Positions 1-9,131 of a stretch of DNA of 64,000 bases are shown here, one piece after another (the stretch's first letter is position 1; each line of letters opens with the position of its first letter). This DNA is from an uncultured Alphaproteobacteria bacterium. GTDB lineage: Bacteria; Pseudomonadota; Alphaproteobacteria; Methylaequorales; Methylaequoraceae. A program made the position numbers and the translations under genes. Location of the stretch: NCBI GenBank assembly GCA_902590895.1, contig CACIYM010000002.1, forward strand, positions 349 through 64,348, in the 5' to 3' direction. Under the pieces are notes generated by a model. It had not been told where the DNA came from and ran no database searches. It saw only the letters and a program-made list of their open reading frames with translations.

Positions 1-1
1 G

Positions 2-1135
2 GTTGGTGGTTATTTAAATACATTGGGAAAGTTTGCGGCGATGGCAGTCACCCCAATAATTTTAAATTTAACAATGATTTTTACATTAATTTTTTTTTTT
101 TCTAATGAAAATCAAATACATTTAGCTAAATACTTAAGCTTCTCAATTTCATTAGCAGGCTTGCTACAGATAATCTGGATTTTAATTCACCTTAGAAATA
201 GTGACTCAAGTCTAAACTTAAAATTACCAAAAATTAAGTTTCTTAAAAAACCATCACCCGAGATAAAAAAGTTTTTTATACTTCTTTCACCAGCAATAAT
301 TGGTAACGGAGCGTATCAATTAAACCTTTTAATTGACATGATCCTTGCTTCAACATTGCCGGATGGTTCAATTTCATTTTTATACTATGCGGATAGAGTA
401 AATCAATTACCCCTTGGCGTCCTAGGTATTGCCATTAGTACAGCATTACTTCCAATACTCTCAAAACAAGTTAAACAAAATAAAAAAAAAGAAGCTAATG
501 AAAGTATTTCAAAAGCCATAAAATTTGGTATTTTTTTTGCTATCCCTGCATTCTTTGGAATACTGTTTTTATCTGATGAAATAATAAAGCTGTTATTTTT
601 TAGAGGTGAATTCGATATAAGCGATGTGTCCCTCACAGCTAAAGCTCTTGTCGCTTTAAGTTTTGGACTCCCAGCTTTTATTTTAATAAAAATACTTGTT
701 GTTCCTTTTTTTGCAAATGAAAATACTAAAACACCTATTCGAATTTCCTTGTTTTGTATGATTATAAATTTGACTTTAAATTTAATCCTTATAGGAAAAT
801 TTCTTCATGTTGGATTAGCTATTGCCACTTCAATATCTGCTTGGGTTAATGTTGCAATTCTATCTTACTTCTTAACTTTTAAAGAAAAATATTCTTTTAA
901 TACATCAATTTTCACATTTTTGAATAAAGTAATAATTTCTTCAATTTCAATGGGAATTGTTTTGTATTTGTTTATTGAAAAAAATATATTAAGTTTTGTA
1001 GGCATTGATATTTTAAGTAATAATATATTACTTTTGTTATCTATATTATTAGGAACAATAACTTATTTTTTAACAAGTTATTTGCTCGGTATTGAAAAAC
1101 TCTATGACGGAAAGTGGAATCAAAAAAGTGGGTAA
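2..1135 (+). CDS. murJ: Lipid II flippase MurJ/MviN, C-terminal ~377 aa (5' end lies upstream of window)
   Basis: The frame is open from nt 2 (VGGYLNTLGKFAAMAV...). The product is a multi-TM MOP-flippase-like sequence. The murJ-trpS neighbourhood is typical of alphaproteobacteria. Confidence 0.85.
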   Translation, partial: VGGYLNTLGKFAAMAVTPIILNLTMIFTLIFFFSNENQIHLAKYLSFSISLAGLLQIIWILIHLRNSDSSLNLKLPKIKFLKKPSPEIKKFFILLSPAIIGNGAYQLNLLIDMILASTLPDGSISFLYYADRVNQLPLGVLGIAISTALLPILSKQVKQNKKKEANESISKAIKFGIFFAIPAFFGILFLSDEIIKLLFFRGEFDISDVSLTAKALVALSFGLPAFILIKILVVPFFANENTKTPIRISLFCMIINLTLNLILIGKFLHVGLAIATSISAWVNVAILSYFLTFKEKYSFNTSIFTFLNKVIISSISMGIVLYLFIEKNILSFVGIDILSNNILLLLSILLGTITYFLTSYLLGIEKLYDGKWNQKSG

Positions 1136-2129
1136 TGATTTAGTTTTTTCTGGGGTACAACCAACAGGTAATTTGCACTTAGGTAATTATTTAGGTGCGA
1201 TAAAAAATTGGGTTGACTTTCAAAACTCAAAGAAATGTATATTTTGTATTGTTGATTTACATGCAATAACAGCTTCTGAAAACAGAAGTAAGTTAGATGA
1301 CTTTTCTAGAGAAGTTGCCGCAGCTTATATTGCCTCGGGTATAGAACCAAAAAAAAGTACTATTTTTGTTCAGTCTAACATTACGGGACACAGCGAGTTA
1401 GCATGGATTCTTGGGTGTCATACACCCATAGGTTGGTTGAATAGAATGACACAATTCAAAGATAAAGCTGGAAAAAATAAAGAAAAGGCACCGTTAGGGC
1501 TTTATTCTTATCCAGTTTTAATGGCTGCAGATATTTTACTTTATAAATCTAATTTTGTTCCTGTTGGTGATGATCAAAAACAGCATTTAGAATTGTGTAG
1601 GGATATAGCACAGAGTTTTAATAGATTTTACAACACAGATTTTTTCCCTATTCCTGAGCCTATTATTACGGGGTCTGCTACACGGGTGATGAGCCTAAAA
1701 GATGGGAAAAAAAAAATGAGTAAATCTGATCCATCAGATCAATCAAGAATTAATTTAACCGATTCAGAGGATCAAATTAGAAAAAAAGTTCAAAAGGCAA
1801 AGACTGATTCAATGCCTTTTCCGGAATCAAAAAATGATTTAGAAAATAGACCAGAGATTGAAAATTTAATAAATATTTATTCTGCAATTGGTGAACATTC
1901 CTCTGAAAAAATTATGCAAGACTATAAGGGTAAAGATTTCAAAAATTTTAAGGAGGATTTATGTGATTTACTGATTTCAAAAATTTCAAAAATTTCTATG
2001 GAAATAAAAAAATTATTATCAGATCAATCTTATCTTAATTCAATTTTATCGGATGGAGCAAAAGAGGCTAATGAGTTATCGGAAAAAAATATGAATGAAA
2101 TAAAAAAAATTATTAAATTTTATACCTGA
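1104..2129 (+). CDS. trpS: Tryptophan--tRNA ligase
   Basis: Class I aaRS signature TGNLHLGNYLGA and KMSKS motif. The start is ambiguous: TTG 1092 (ORF track), ATG 1104 or GTG 1125. It overlaps the murJ 3' end. Confidence 0.93.
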   Translation: MTESGIKKVGNDLVFSGVQPTGNLHLGNYLGAIKNWVDFQNSKKCIFCIVDLHAITASENRSKLDDFSREVAAAYIASGIEPKKSTIFVQSNITGHSELAWILGCHTPIGWLNRMTQFKDKAGKNKEKAPLGLYSYPVLMAADILLYKSNFVPVGDDQKQHLELCRDIAQSFNRFYNTDFFPIPEPIITGSATRVMSLKDGKKKMSKSDPSDQSRINLTDSEDQIRKKVQKAKTDSMPFPESKNDLENRPEIENLINIYSAIGEHSSEKIMQDYKGKDFKNFKEDLCDLLISKISKISMEIKKLLSDQSYLNSILSDGAKEANELSEKNMNEIKKIIKFYT

Positions 2130-3043
2130 TGACTTTTTATCTTCCAATAGCAGAAATTGAAATAAACTTATTATTAATTTTATTTTTTGGATTTGTTGTT
2201 GGATTTATGTCTGGTTTGTTTGGTGTTGGTGGTGGTTTTTTAATGACCCCACTTCTAATCTTCATGGGAATTCCTCCTTCAACAGCAGTAGGAACTGAAT
2301 CTGTTCAAATTCTTGGTTCATCTGTTTCAGGTGCAATAGCTCATAGTAGAAAAAAAAATATTGATTACGAAATTGGTATTTTTTTACTGATAGGAGGGAT
2401 ATTTGGTTCCACAATTGGTGTTATTCTTTTTAACTTTCTGAAAGAATCTGGAAATATAGACTTAATAATTAACATCCTCTACGTAATTTTTTTATCTGTA
2501 ATTGGTACATTGATGTTAATTGAGAGTACTATTTCACTTGTTAAAGAAGAAAAAAACATTGTAAGGAAAAAAAAAAAAAGAAATTTTCTTGATTACCTAC
2601 CACTCAAACTTAAGTTTAGACATTCAGGAATTTACATTTCGATTATTCTTCCAATATCTGTTGGAATAATAACAGGTCTACTTGCTTCTTTAATGGGTGT
2701 TGGAGGAGGTTTTATAATGGTTCCAGCGATGATTTACTTATTTAGAATGGGAACTGTCTCTGCTATAGGGACATCGTTATTCCAAATTGTTTTTGTTACA
2801 TTAAACTCTTCAATACTTCAAGCTACATATAATTTGTCTGTTGATCTAATACTGGCAATTTTTCTGTTAATAGGTGGCGTAATTGGAGCACAATATGGGT
2901 CTAAATTTACATCAAGATTTAAAGGTGAACAATTAAGAGTCTTGTTAGCTTTAATTGTTATTCTAGTCTGCGTTAAGATGGGAATCCAACTTTTTAATGA
3001 ACCTTCAATTAACTCAAGGATTATCATTCAAGATGCATTTTAA
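2129..3043 (+). CDS. TauE/SafE (DUF81) family sulfite/anion exporter-type membrane protein
   Basis: Duplicated membrane motif FGVGGGFLMTPLL / MGVGGGFIMVPAM and about 8 TM segments. The ATG overlaps the trpS stop (TGATG). Confidence 0.8.
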   Translation: MTFYLPIAEIEINLLLILFFGFVVGFMSGLFGVGGGFLMTPLLIFMGIPPSTAVGTESVQILGSSVSGAIAHSRKKNIDYEIGIFLLIGGIFGSTIGVILFNFLKESGNIDLIINILYVIFLSVIGTLMLIESTISLVKEEKNIVRKKKKRNFLDYLPLKLKFRHSGIYISIILPISVGIITGLLASLMGVGGGFIMVPAMIYLFRMGTVSAIGTSLFQIVFVTLNSSILQATYNLSVDLILAIFLLIGGVIGAQYGSKFTSRFKGEQLRVLLALIVILVCVKMGIQLFNEPSINSRIIIQDAF

Positions 3044-3761
3044 AGTTTTAAATTTTTTAAAAATTATTGTTATTATTATTTTTATTTTTGTTACAAGTAG
3101 TGTTGAAGCTAGCAAACTTATCTTTGATATTTCCAACTCTTACGTAACCTTAAGCGGCAAAAAAAAAGATAGTGATTTTACAGTTTATGGTTTTTCAGAC
3201 TCTAAGCAAACTCTCGTACTAAAGATTACCGGCCCGAGACAAAAAGTAATTCTACAAAAGAAAAAAAAAATTTTTGGGATGTGGACTTGGGGAAAAACAG
3301 GCGAGTTTAGCTATCCAAGTTTAAATCATTACTACACGAATAACAAAACTAATCAAATTGATTTTGAGATAAAGAAAGACCTTTATGATAATATCAAATT
3401 GATTGGTAAAGATGATGATAATTTAAAAAAGGATCTAATTGAAAAAAAAATGTCTATAGACCTCTTTAAAATTAAAAATAATTCATTTAACACTATTAAT
3501 AAAGATGTCCCTTCTCTTTTTAAAATTCCCATAAAACTTCCGCTTAACTCTCCAGCTGGAGATTACTTCGTTTCTATGAGTTTAATGGACGGCGGGGATA
3601 CCTTCGAAACTAGAAAAATAAAATTAGAGGTAAAAAAACCTGGAATTGGGTCTTTTGTCTTTTCATTTGCCCATAAATTCTCTTTTGTCTACGGAGTATT
3701 TTCTGCTATCATTGCAGTTGCTTTAGGTGTTTTTGCAAGTCTAGTTTTTAGGAAAAGATAG
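3033..3761 (+). CDS. TIGR02186-like alphaproteobacterial membrane protein of unknown function
   Basis: N-terminal signal/TM segment and C-terminal TM anchor. Its position after a DUF81 gene matches the alphaproteobacteria-restricted TIGR02186 family as I remember it. ATG 2997 is an alternative start. Confidence 0.55.
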   Translation: MHFKVLNFLKIIVIIIFIFVTSSVEASKLIFDISNSYVTLSGKKKDSDFTVYGFSDSKQTLVLKITGPRQKVILQKKKKIFGMWTWGKTGEFSYPSLNHYYTNNKTNQIDFEIKKDLYDNIKLIGKDDDNLKKDLIEKKMSIDLFKIKNNSFNTINKDVPSLFKIPIKLPLNSPAGDYFVSMSLMDGGDTFETRKIKLEVKKPGIGSFVFSFAHKFSFVYGVFSAIIAVALGVFASLVFRKR

Positions 3762-3763
3762 TT

Positions 3764-4231
3764 ATGGATAAAGAGTTAGTTTTTCTTGTTGTTCTTGATA
3801 ATTCTGATGAGGTGTTGAATGCTCTTAGATATGCTTCGCAAAGAAGCTCAATTAATAATGGAAGAGTAGCATTATTGTATACATTTGAGACTCTTGAATT
3901 CAGTCACTGGAAAGCAGTTGAAGATATTGCCGAGGTTGAGTCAAGAAAGGAAGCAGAGTCAAAAATTAAAGAATATGAAAATTTTGTAATGAAATTCACT
4001 CAAAAGAATCCCAAAAAATATATAATGAAAGGTGACAGAGTTGAATGTATTATAAATTTTTTAGAGGCAAATAAATTTATAACTAATTTTGTTTTAGCAG
4101 CTTCAAGTAAGGACTCGGGTTCTGACCCTCTAATCAATGCTTTCACTGGAAAACAAAGATCAAAAATTTCTGTTCCTTTGACAATCATACCACCTAACTT
4201 GTCAGAAGAAGAAATTGACAAATTATCTTGA
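3764..4231 (+). CDS. Universal stress protein (UspA)-like protein
   Basis: 155 aa. The N-terminus LVFLVVLDNSDEVLNALRYA and the size fit a USP-like alpha/beta fold. Conserved position upstream of the NifU-like gene. Confidence 0.55.
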   Translation: MDKELVFLVVLDNSDEVLNALRYASQRSSINNGRVALLYTFETLEFSHWKAVEDIAEVESRKEAESKIKEYENFVMKFTQKNPKKYIMKGDRVECIINFLEANKFITNFVLAASSKDSGSDPLINAFTGKQRSKISVPLTIIPPNLSEEEIDKLS

Positions 4232-4249
4232 ATTAATTAAGTTCTACTT

Positions 4250-4816
4250 ATGTTTATTCAAACTGAAGATACTCCAAACCCTGATACATTAAAGTTTCTG
4301 CCAGGTAAAACTTTACTTGATCAAGGTACTCTAGAATTTAAAACAAAAAAAGAAGCAATAAAAAATAACCTCGCAAAAATTTTGTTTGAAGATGAAAATG
4401 TAAAATCAGTATTTATTGGAAAAGATTTTGTAACAATAACTAAAAAAAATAATGTTGATTGGGATTCTATAAAACCGCAGATACTTTCAAAAATCCTTGA
4501 GTTTTTCTCTTTGGGAGAATCAGTTAATAATGAAGAGAAACAACAGACAAGTGAAAAGAAGGAAAATTACAACAGCAAAGACTTAAAAATTGTCGAGCAA
4601 ATTAAGAAATTAATCGATGAGAGAGTTAAGCCTGCAGTTGCCCAGGACGGAGGAGATATAAGTTTTGTCAAATTTGATAAAGGTAAGGTTTATTTGGAGC
4701 TAAGAGGAGCATGCTCTGGTTGCCCAAGTTCTACAATAACCCTTAAATCAGGCATTGAAAATATGTTAAAATATTACATACCTGAAATTAACTCTGTTGA
4801 AGCAATTAATCAATAA
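4250..4816 (+). CDS. NifU/Nfu family Fe-S cluster scaffold/carrier protein
   Basis: Nfu N-terminal domain (MFIQTEDTPNPDTLKFLPG) plus a C-terminal NifU domain with the CSGCPSS CxxC motif. Confidence 0.88.
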   Translation: MFIQTEDTPNPDTLKFLPGKTLLDQGTLEFKTKKEAIKNNLAKILFEDENVKSVFIGKDFVTITKKNNVDWDSIKPQILSKILEFFSLGESVNNEEKQQTSEKKENYNSKDLKIVEQIKKLIDERVKPAVAQDGGDISFVKFDKGKVYLELRGACSGCPSSTITLKSGIENMLKYYIPEINSVEAINQ

Positions 4817-4818
4817 AT

Positions 4819-5769
4819 ATGCAGTCCGTTTCAACTTTTAACAAAAACCTTGTAATTTTTTTAGTTTCGCTAGCTTTGATTAATTTAGCTATTGGCTTTT
4901 ATAAAAGTTTTAATAAAAGTAAGGAATTAAACAAAACACAAATAAACTATAAAGTGAAAAACTTGAATGTTGAAAATAGTGATATTAGTGCAATGAGTGT
5001 TGATTATATTAGTAGAGCTAACGAAATGCTTGAAATTTTTAAAAAATACAATTTCTCTATTGATAAATTTTTAAAAGATGAATCGGCTAATCTTATTATT
5101 TTCTCTTCTTTACCTGATGATTTTATGGAAATACAACCAGTAAATGAAAGAAAAAAGTTGTTTATAAACACCCTATTGCCAATTATATATGCAGAGAATC
5201 AAAAAATTCTTGAGGATAGAAAAAAAATCCTTGACTGGTGGAGCGAATCACAAGGGGAAAATTTTTCAAGAGATTTTTGGCCAGCTTGGCTCTTCGAATT
5301 AAGTGAGAAATATGATGCTCTTGACTCAAACTTAGGTAATTTACTCATCAAAGTAGATATTATACCTATCTCAATGGCTCTGTCGCAAGCTGCTATTGAA
5401 AGTGGATGGGGAACTTCAAGATATTTAAGAGAAGGAAATGCAGTTTACGGACAATATACTTTTGAAAAAAATAAAGGAATTGAACCAACGCAGAGAGATA
5501 GTAGTAAAAAATTTTTTATTAGAAAATTTGAAAATTTGTCTGAATCTACAAAATCGTACTTTAAAAATATTAACACTCATTCAGCTTATGCAGATTTAAG
5601 AGAAGAAAGAAAAAAATTAAGAATGAATGGAGAAATCTTATCTGGTTTAAAGCTAGCGGATTTTTTAACAAGTTATTCAGAAAGAAAGCAAGAGTATGTT
5701 AAAGATGTGAAAATAATTATTGAATCTAATAATTTCATGAAATTCGACAATAGCAGCTTTGTAAATTAA
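4819..5769 (+). CDS. Glucosaminidase-domain (Bax/FlgJ-like) peptidoglycan hydrolase
   Basis: N-terminal TM segment. Motif AQAAIESGWGTSRYLREGNAVYG is typical of the mannosyl-glycoprotein endo-beta-N-acetylglucosaminidase domain. Confidence 0.7.
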   Translation: MQSVSTFNKNLVIFLVSLALINLAIGFYKSFNKSKELNKTQINYKVKNLNVENSDISAMSVDYISRANEMLEIFKKYNFSIDKFLKDESANLIIFSSLPDDFMEIQPVNERKKLFINTLLPIIYAENQKILEDRKKILDWWSESQGENFSRDFWPAWLFELSEKYDALDSNLGNLLIKVDIIPISMALSQAAIESGWGTSRYLREGNAVYGQYTFEKNKGIEPTQRDSSKKFFIRKFENLSESTKSYFKNINTHSAYADLREERKKLRMNGEILSGLKLADFLTSYSERKQEYVKDVKIIIESNNFMKFDNSSFVN

Positions 5770-5774
5770 ATTAC

Positions 5775-6785
5775 TTAAAATTTAAAGGCACCATTTTCTT
5801 TAATCATCATTTTTCCAAACCAATAAATTTTGTTTTTTTCAAATGCTGTGCAGTTAATCCTGTATCTTTTATCTTTGTTTAATTCAGTCAATTTTAACTT
5901 TACAAAATTTTCAACTACTACCTTAGTCAAAACACCATCACTTATAAAGCAATTTACATTTTGACTATTTAAGTTTGGTATGAAATTTATTTCAAGACTC
6001 GACTTGTCTTTTTTATTAGTTAGAATTTCAAAAAAATTTAAAATTAAAGGCTCTAAATTAACAATTTGTTTGAACCTTTTTATTTGACCATATTCATCAT
6101 TAATTGAAAATCTTGGTAAATTATACTTATTTTCTCTAAAATGAATAGGAGAAGAATGTTGAGAAAATGCAATTTTATAACCCAGTTTTTGAATCAAATC
6201 CTCTACAGATTTATTAGATTCCCCGTATGGATAAGAAATGATTTTTTCTATCTCCCCTAAATTTTCATTTATAATTTTTTCAGCAAGCATCACATCCTCT
6301 ATGATTTCCTCTGAACTGTATTTAACAAATGATTTATGTTTATGAGAATGATTAAATATATGCCCTCCATTTTTTTTAATCTCTCTCAACATTTCCCAAC
6401 TCATAAAATCATTGTTTTCATTGTTGGCAACAAAATTGGTTGATAAAAAAATACTAAATGGAAAATTAAATTTCTTTAAAATTGGAAACGCATATTCGTA
6501 AAAACTTTTATACGCGTCGTCAACTGTGATAAAAACTGAGTTTTTAGGTAATGGTTTTTTATTGTAAAAGAAATCTATTAAAGTTGTGATGGGTAAAACA
6601 TTGAAATTATTTTCTTTGAGATATTGAAGTTGTTTATAAAAAGTTTTCTTTGAAATACTTGTAGAAGGATATAAATTATTTTCAAAGCGATGATAAATTA
6701 GAGCGATAGCAGATCCATCTTTAGCCAAGAGATTTGAGTAAAAAAAAAGTATAAAAAAAAAAAAGAGGGTTTTAGAAAACATCAT
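5775..6785 (-). CDS. Polysaccharide deacetylase (NodB homology domain) family protein, secreted
   Basis: Signal peptide. Motifs YHRF...ITVDDAY...FPFSIF and HSHKH are typical of the carbohydrate esterase 4 family. Confidence 0.75.
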   Translation of the reverse strand: MMFSKTLFFFFILFFYSNLLAKDGSAIALIYHRFENNLYPSTSISKKTFYKQLQYLKENNFNVLPITTLIDFFYNKKPLPKNSVFITVDDAYKSFYEYAFPILKKFNFPFSIFLSTNFVANNENNDFMSWEMLREIKKNGGHIFNHSHKHKSFVKYSSEEIIEDVMLAEKIINENLGEIEKIISYPYGESNKSVEDLIQKLGYKIAFSQHSSPIHFRENKYNLPRFSINDEYGQIKRFKQIVNLEPLILNFFEILTNKKDKSSLEINFIPNLNSQNVNCFISDGVLTKVVVENFVKLKLTELNKDKRYRINCTAFEKNKIYWFGKMMIKENGAFKF

Positions 6786-7308
6786 TAATTATTGGAAATT
6801 TTATAGAATCAAAAAGTTGATAATGCCACCACTCATTTCTATAGAAGTCCCAACCTGAATTAGTCATTATTCCTAGCAATAACAGTCTATTTTTGTAAGC
6901 TTTTTCTGAAATTTCAAGATTTCCGTGATAGGACAATCTCGAAAACTCATCAAAATCCGTTCCCATATCTAGTTCTTCACCATCGTGAGTTAAAGTAAGG
7001 TCAATTGCAACACCCCTAGAATGAGGAGAACCTTTGTCTGGTGGTGCAATAAAGTTAGGATCCGGCAGTTTATCCCACAGTGCTTTTTGAACATAAACAG
7101 GTCTATATGCATCAAAAATTTTGATTTTAAAACCTAGTTTCTTTGAAATATCTATTGCTTTGCATAAGTATTCGAATGCTGTTGTGTGGATAAAACATTC
7201 GCTTGATTTGAAAAGTTTTTGATTAGTAAAGTTATTTTTTGATGCATATCTCAAGTCAATGATGACATCAGCATTTTTTTGATTTACATTCACAAGATTA
7301 TTATTCAT
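6772..7308 (-). CDS. D-alanyl-D-alanine dipeptidase (VanX/DdpX-like, peptidase M15D)
   Basis: Motifs IDLRYAS, DAYRP, SPHSRGVAIDLTL and EWWHY. ATG 7308 is preferred over ATG 7335, which would overlap tsaB. Confidence 0.8.
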   Translation of the reverse strand: MNNNLVNVNQKNADVIIDLRYASKNNFTNQKLFKSSECFIHTTAFEYLCKAIDISKKLGFKIKIFDAYRPVYVQKALWDKLPDPNFIAPPDKGSPHSRGVAIDLTLTHDGEELDMGTDFDEFSRLSYHGNLEISEKAYKNRLLLLGIMTNSGWDFYRNEWWHYQLFDSIKFPIINDVF

Positions 7309-7325
7309 TTTTGTTCTAAAGCTGT

Positions 7326-7955
7326 ATGTTATCATTGTCTATATTTTGTTCAAGTCAAACCATGTCGTTAGCTGTGTATAATAAAAAAAAATTGGTTAAA
7401 TTGATAAAAAAAAAAAATCGTAACAACAAGATTGAAGGAATTTTTAAAATATTAAAAGATTGTTTAAATGATTTTGATATAAATAAATTTTCTCAAATAT
7501 ATTTTTCTTCAGGACCTGGAAGTTTCACTGCTTTAAGATCTATAAAAGCTATTTCTCAAGCTTTAGCCCTTTCTTCAAATGCAAAATTACTATCTACCTC
7601 ATCTTTTTCACTCTTACTTGCGTCAACGCAAATAAAAGAAAAAATTGTTTTGGTTTGTTTCAAATCAACAAATAACAATTTTTTTTATCAGTTATTTGAA
7701 AGAATTGAAAAAAAGTTTAAGCCTAAATTTTCTGTTAACTATGGAGATGAAAATCAACTAATGAATTATTATTTAAAAAAAAAAAAAGATTACAATAATT
7801 TATTACTTTTAAGTTCACAGAAACTAAAAAATCTAAATAGCAAGGTTGACTCAATAGTTAGAGAGGTTGATGCGAGTCATCTTGGTTTATCAATCTTTCA
7901 AGGTTACGGGAGTGTGAAGACAAAAATATTTTATCATAACACCTATTATGCGTGA
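7326..7955 (+). CDS. tsaB: tRNA t6A37 biosynthesis protein TsaB (YeaZ)
   Basis: GPGSFTALRSIKAISQALAL motif. Conserved tsaB-rimI pairing. Confidence 0.8.
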   Translation: MLSLSIFCSSQTMSLAVYNKKKLVKLIKKKNRNNKIEGIFKILKDCLNDFDINKFSQIYFSSGPGSFTALRSIKAISQALALSSNAKLLSTSSFSLLLASTQIKEKIVLVCFKSTNNNFFYQLFERIEKKFKPKFSVNYGDENQLMNYYLKKKKDYNNLLLLSSQKLKNLNSKVDSIVREVDASHLGLSIFQGYGSVKTKIFYHNTYYA

Positions 7956-8412
7956 TATTAAGTTTAAAAACCTAGACTTATCATTAATTGATAAACTAGT
8001 TTTATTTCAAAAAAACTTTTTGGATGAATTAAATAGAAATGTTTTTTCTAAGAAAGAACTAATTAGAAACTTAAACAGCAAATATAACTCTACATATATT
8101 TGTTTAGACCAAGATTCGATTGTAGCTTTTTTGTCAGCTCAAAGAATATTAAATTACTGTGAAATACATTCTCTGTTTGTATCACCAAATTCTCGAAGGA
8201 AAGGTATTGCGATGACTTTGCTACATAACTTAATTGCAAGTTGTAAAGAGAAAAAGATAGATAATATTTTTTTAGAGGTTATGGAATCTAACAAGGCAGC
8301 AAAGAATTTGTATTTTAAAAATAATTTCAAAATTTATGGAAAAAGAGAAAAATATTACAAATTCAATGATAAAGAATTTGATGCGAGTCTCATGAAATTG
8401 TATCTTAGGTAA
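7948..8412 (+). CDS. rimI: Ribosomal-protein-alanine N-acetyltransferase RimI (GNAT)
   Basis: GNAT acetyl-CoA motif RRKGIAMTLL. 8-nt overlap with tsaB, and it sits in the conserved position. Confidence 0.8.
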   Translation: MRDIKFKNLDLSLIDKLVLFQKNFLDELNRNVFSKKELIRNLNSKYNSTYICLDQDSIVAFLSAQRILNYCEIHSLFVSPNSRRKGIAMTLLHNLIASCKEKKIDNIFLEVMESNKAAKNLYFKNNFKIYGKREKYYKFNDKEFDASLMKLYLR

Positions 8413-8617
8413 AAATTAACTGGAAAACATTCTGAGAAATTTTTTTTGATTTAACTTCAAAGTTTTTTTCTAAATTATTTTTGAGTAGTTGAAAGTCCTT
8501 TTTACCTTTGATTAAAATCATTTTTTCAGAGCCTTTATTATCAGCTATAAAGACCTTGGCTTTAAGAAATGTCATTGGGCATTTCTCATTGGTGATATCT
8601 AAAACTTTTTTTTTCAT
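8405..8617 (-). CDS. TusA/SirA-like sulfurtransferase family protein
   Basis: 70 aa with LDITNEKCPMTFLKAK, i.e. the LDxxGxxCPxP-type active-site Cys region. Confidence 0.7.
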   Translation of the reverse strand: MKKKVLDITNEKCPMTFLKAKVFIADNKGSEKMILIKGKKDFQLLKNNLEKNFEVKSKKISQNVFQLIFT

Positions 8618-8630
8618 TTTATTTACGTTA

Positions 8631-8639
8631 TGTTATAAT
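8631..8639 (+). promoter_or_regulatory. Candidate extended -10 promoter element (TGTTATAAT) for fur
   Basis: TGnTATAAT lies in the only ~100-nt divergent intergenic region here, about 79 nt upstream of the fur ATG. There is a weak -35 (TTTTCA) 17 nt upstream. Confidence 0.3.
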
Positions 8640-8717
8640 TTAAAAAAAGATTTAATAAATTATATTTTATATTAAATGTAATAAAATCTTAATAAAACTT
8701 TAGCAAAATCGCAAAAT

Positions 8718-9131
8718 ATGAATTCTTTACTAGATAAATGTAACAAGCTTGGTCTAAAGATGACCGAACAGAGAAGGATTATTACACAAGTATTATCAGA
8801 ATCAAAAGATCATCCTGATGTGGAATTGGTTTACAAGAGGGCCTCAAAAATCGATAAAAATATAGGCATTGCAACAGTGTATAGAACTATCAAACTTTTT
8901 GAGGAGAATAACATAATTGAAAAGCACGAATTTAAGGACGGAAGGTTCCGCTATGAAGAGGTACCAGAAGAACATCACGATCATTTAATTGATATTAAAA
9001 GTGGAAAAGTTGTTGAATTTCAAAATGAAGCCATTGAAGAGCTTCAGAGAAAAATCGCAGAAGAGCTTGGCTATAAACTAGTAGATCATAGATTAGAATT
9101 ATATGGTGTTCCCGATAAAGCAAAAAAATAA
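8718..9131 (+). CDS. fur: Fur family transcriptional regulator (Fur/Mur type, Cys-less)
   Basis: Winged-helix region IATVYRTIKLFEENNII and metal-site HHDHLID. No CxxC pairs. Conserved position after rimI. Confidence 0.88.
   Translation: MNSLLDKCNKLGLKMTEQRRIITQVLSESKDHPDVELVYKRASKIDKNIGIATVYRTIKLFEENNIIEKHEFKDGRFRYEEVPEEHHDHLIDIKSGKVVEFQNEAIEELQRKIAEELGYKLVDHRLELYGVPDKAKK

Noticed and set aside
2568-2581. Long homopolymer A/T tracts inside genes (for example here, at 91-101, 6747-6760 and 7405-7416) as possible phase-variation or slippage sites.
   Set aside because: They are expected in a genome this AT-rich and encode Lys/Phe runs. All reading frames are intact, and the genes concerned are housekeeping rather than surface-variation genes.
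7185-7193. Perfect DnaA box (TGTGGATAA, i.e. TTATCCACA on the other strand) here, and a second perfect TTATCCACA at 59800-59808.
   Set aside because: Both are isolated and lie inside coding sequence (the VanX-like gene and the zf-CHCC gene). By a rough base-composition estimate, about one perfect 9-mer is expected by chance in 64 kb on both strands. There is no clustering that would indicate oriC.
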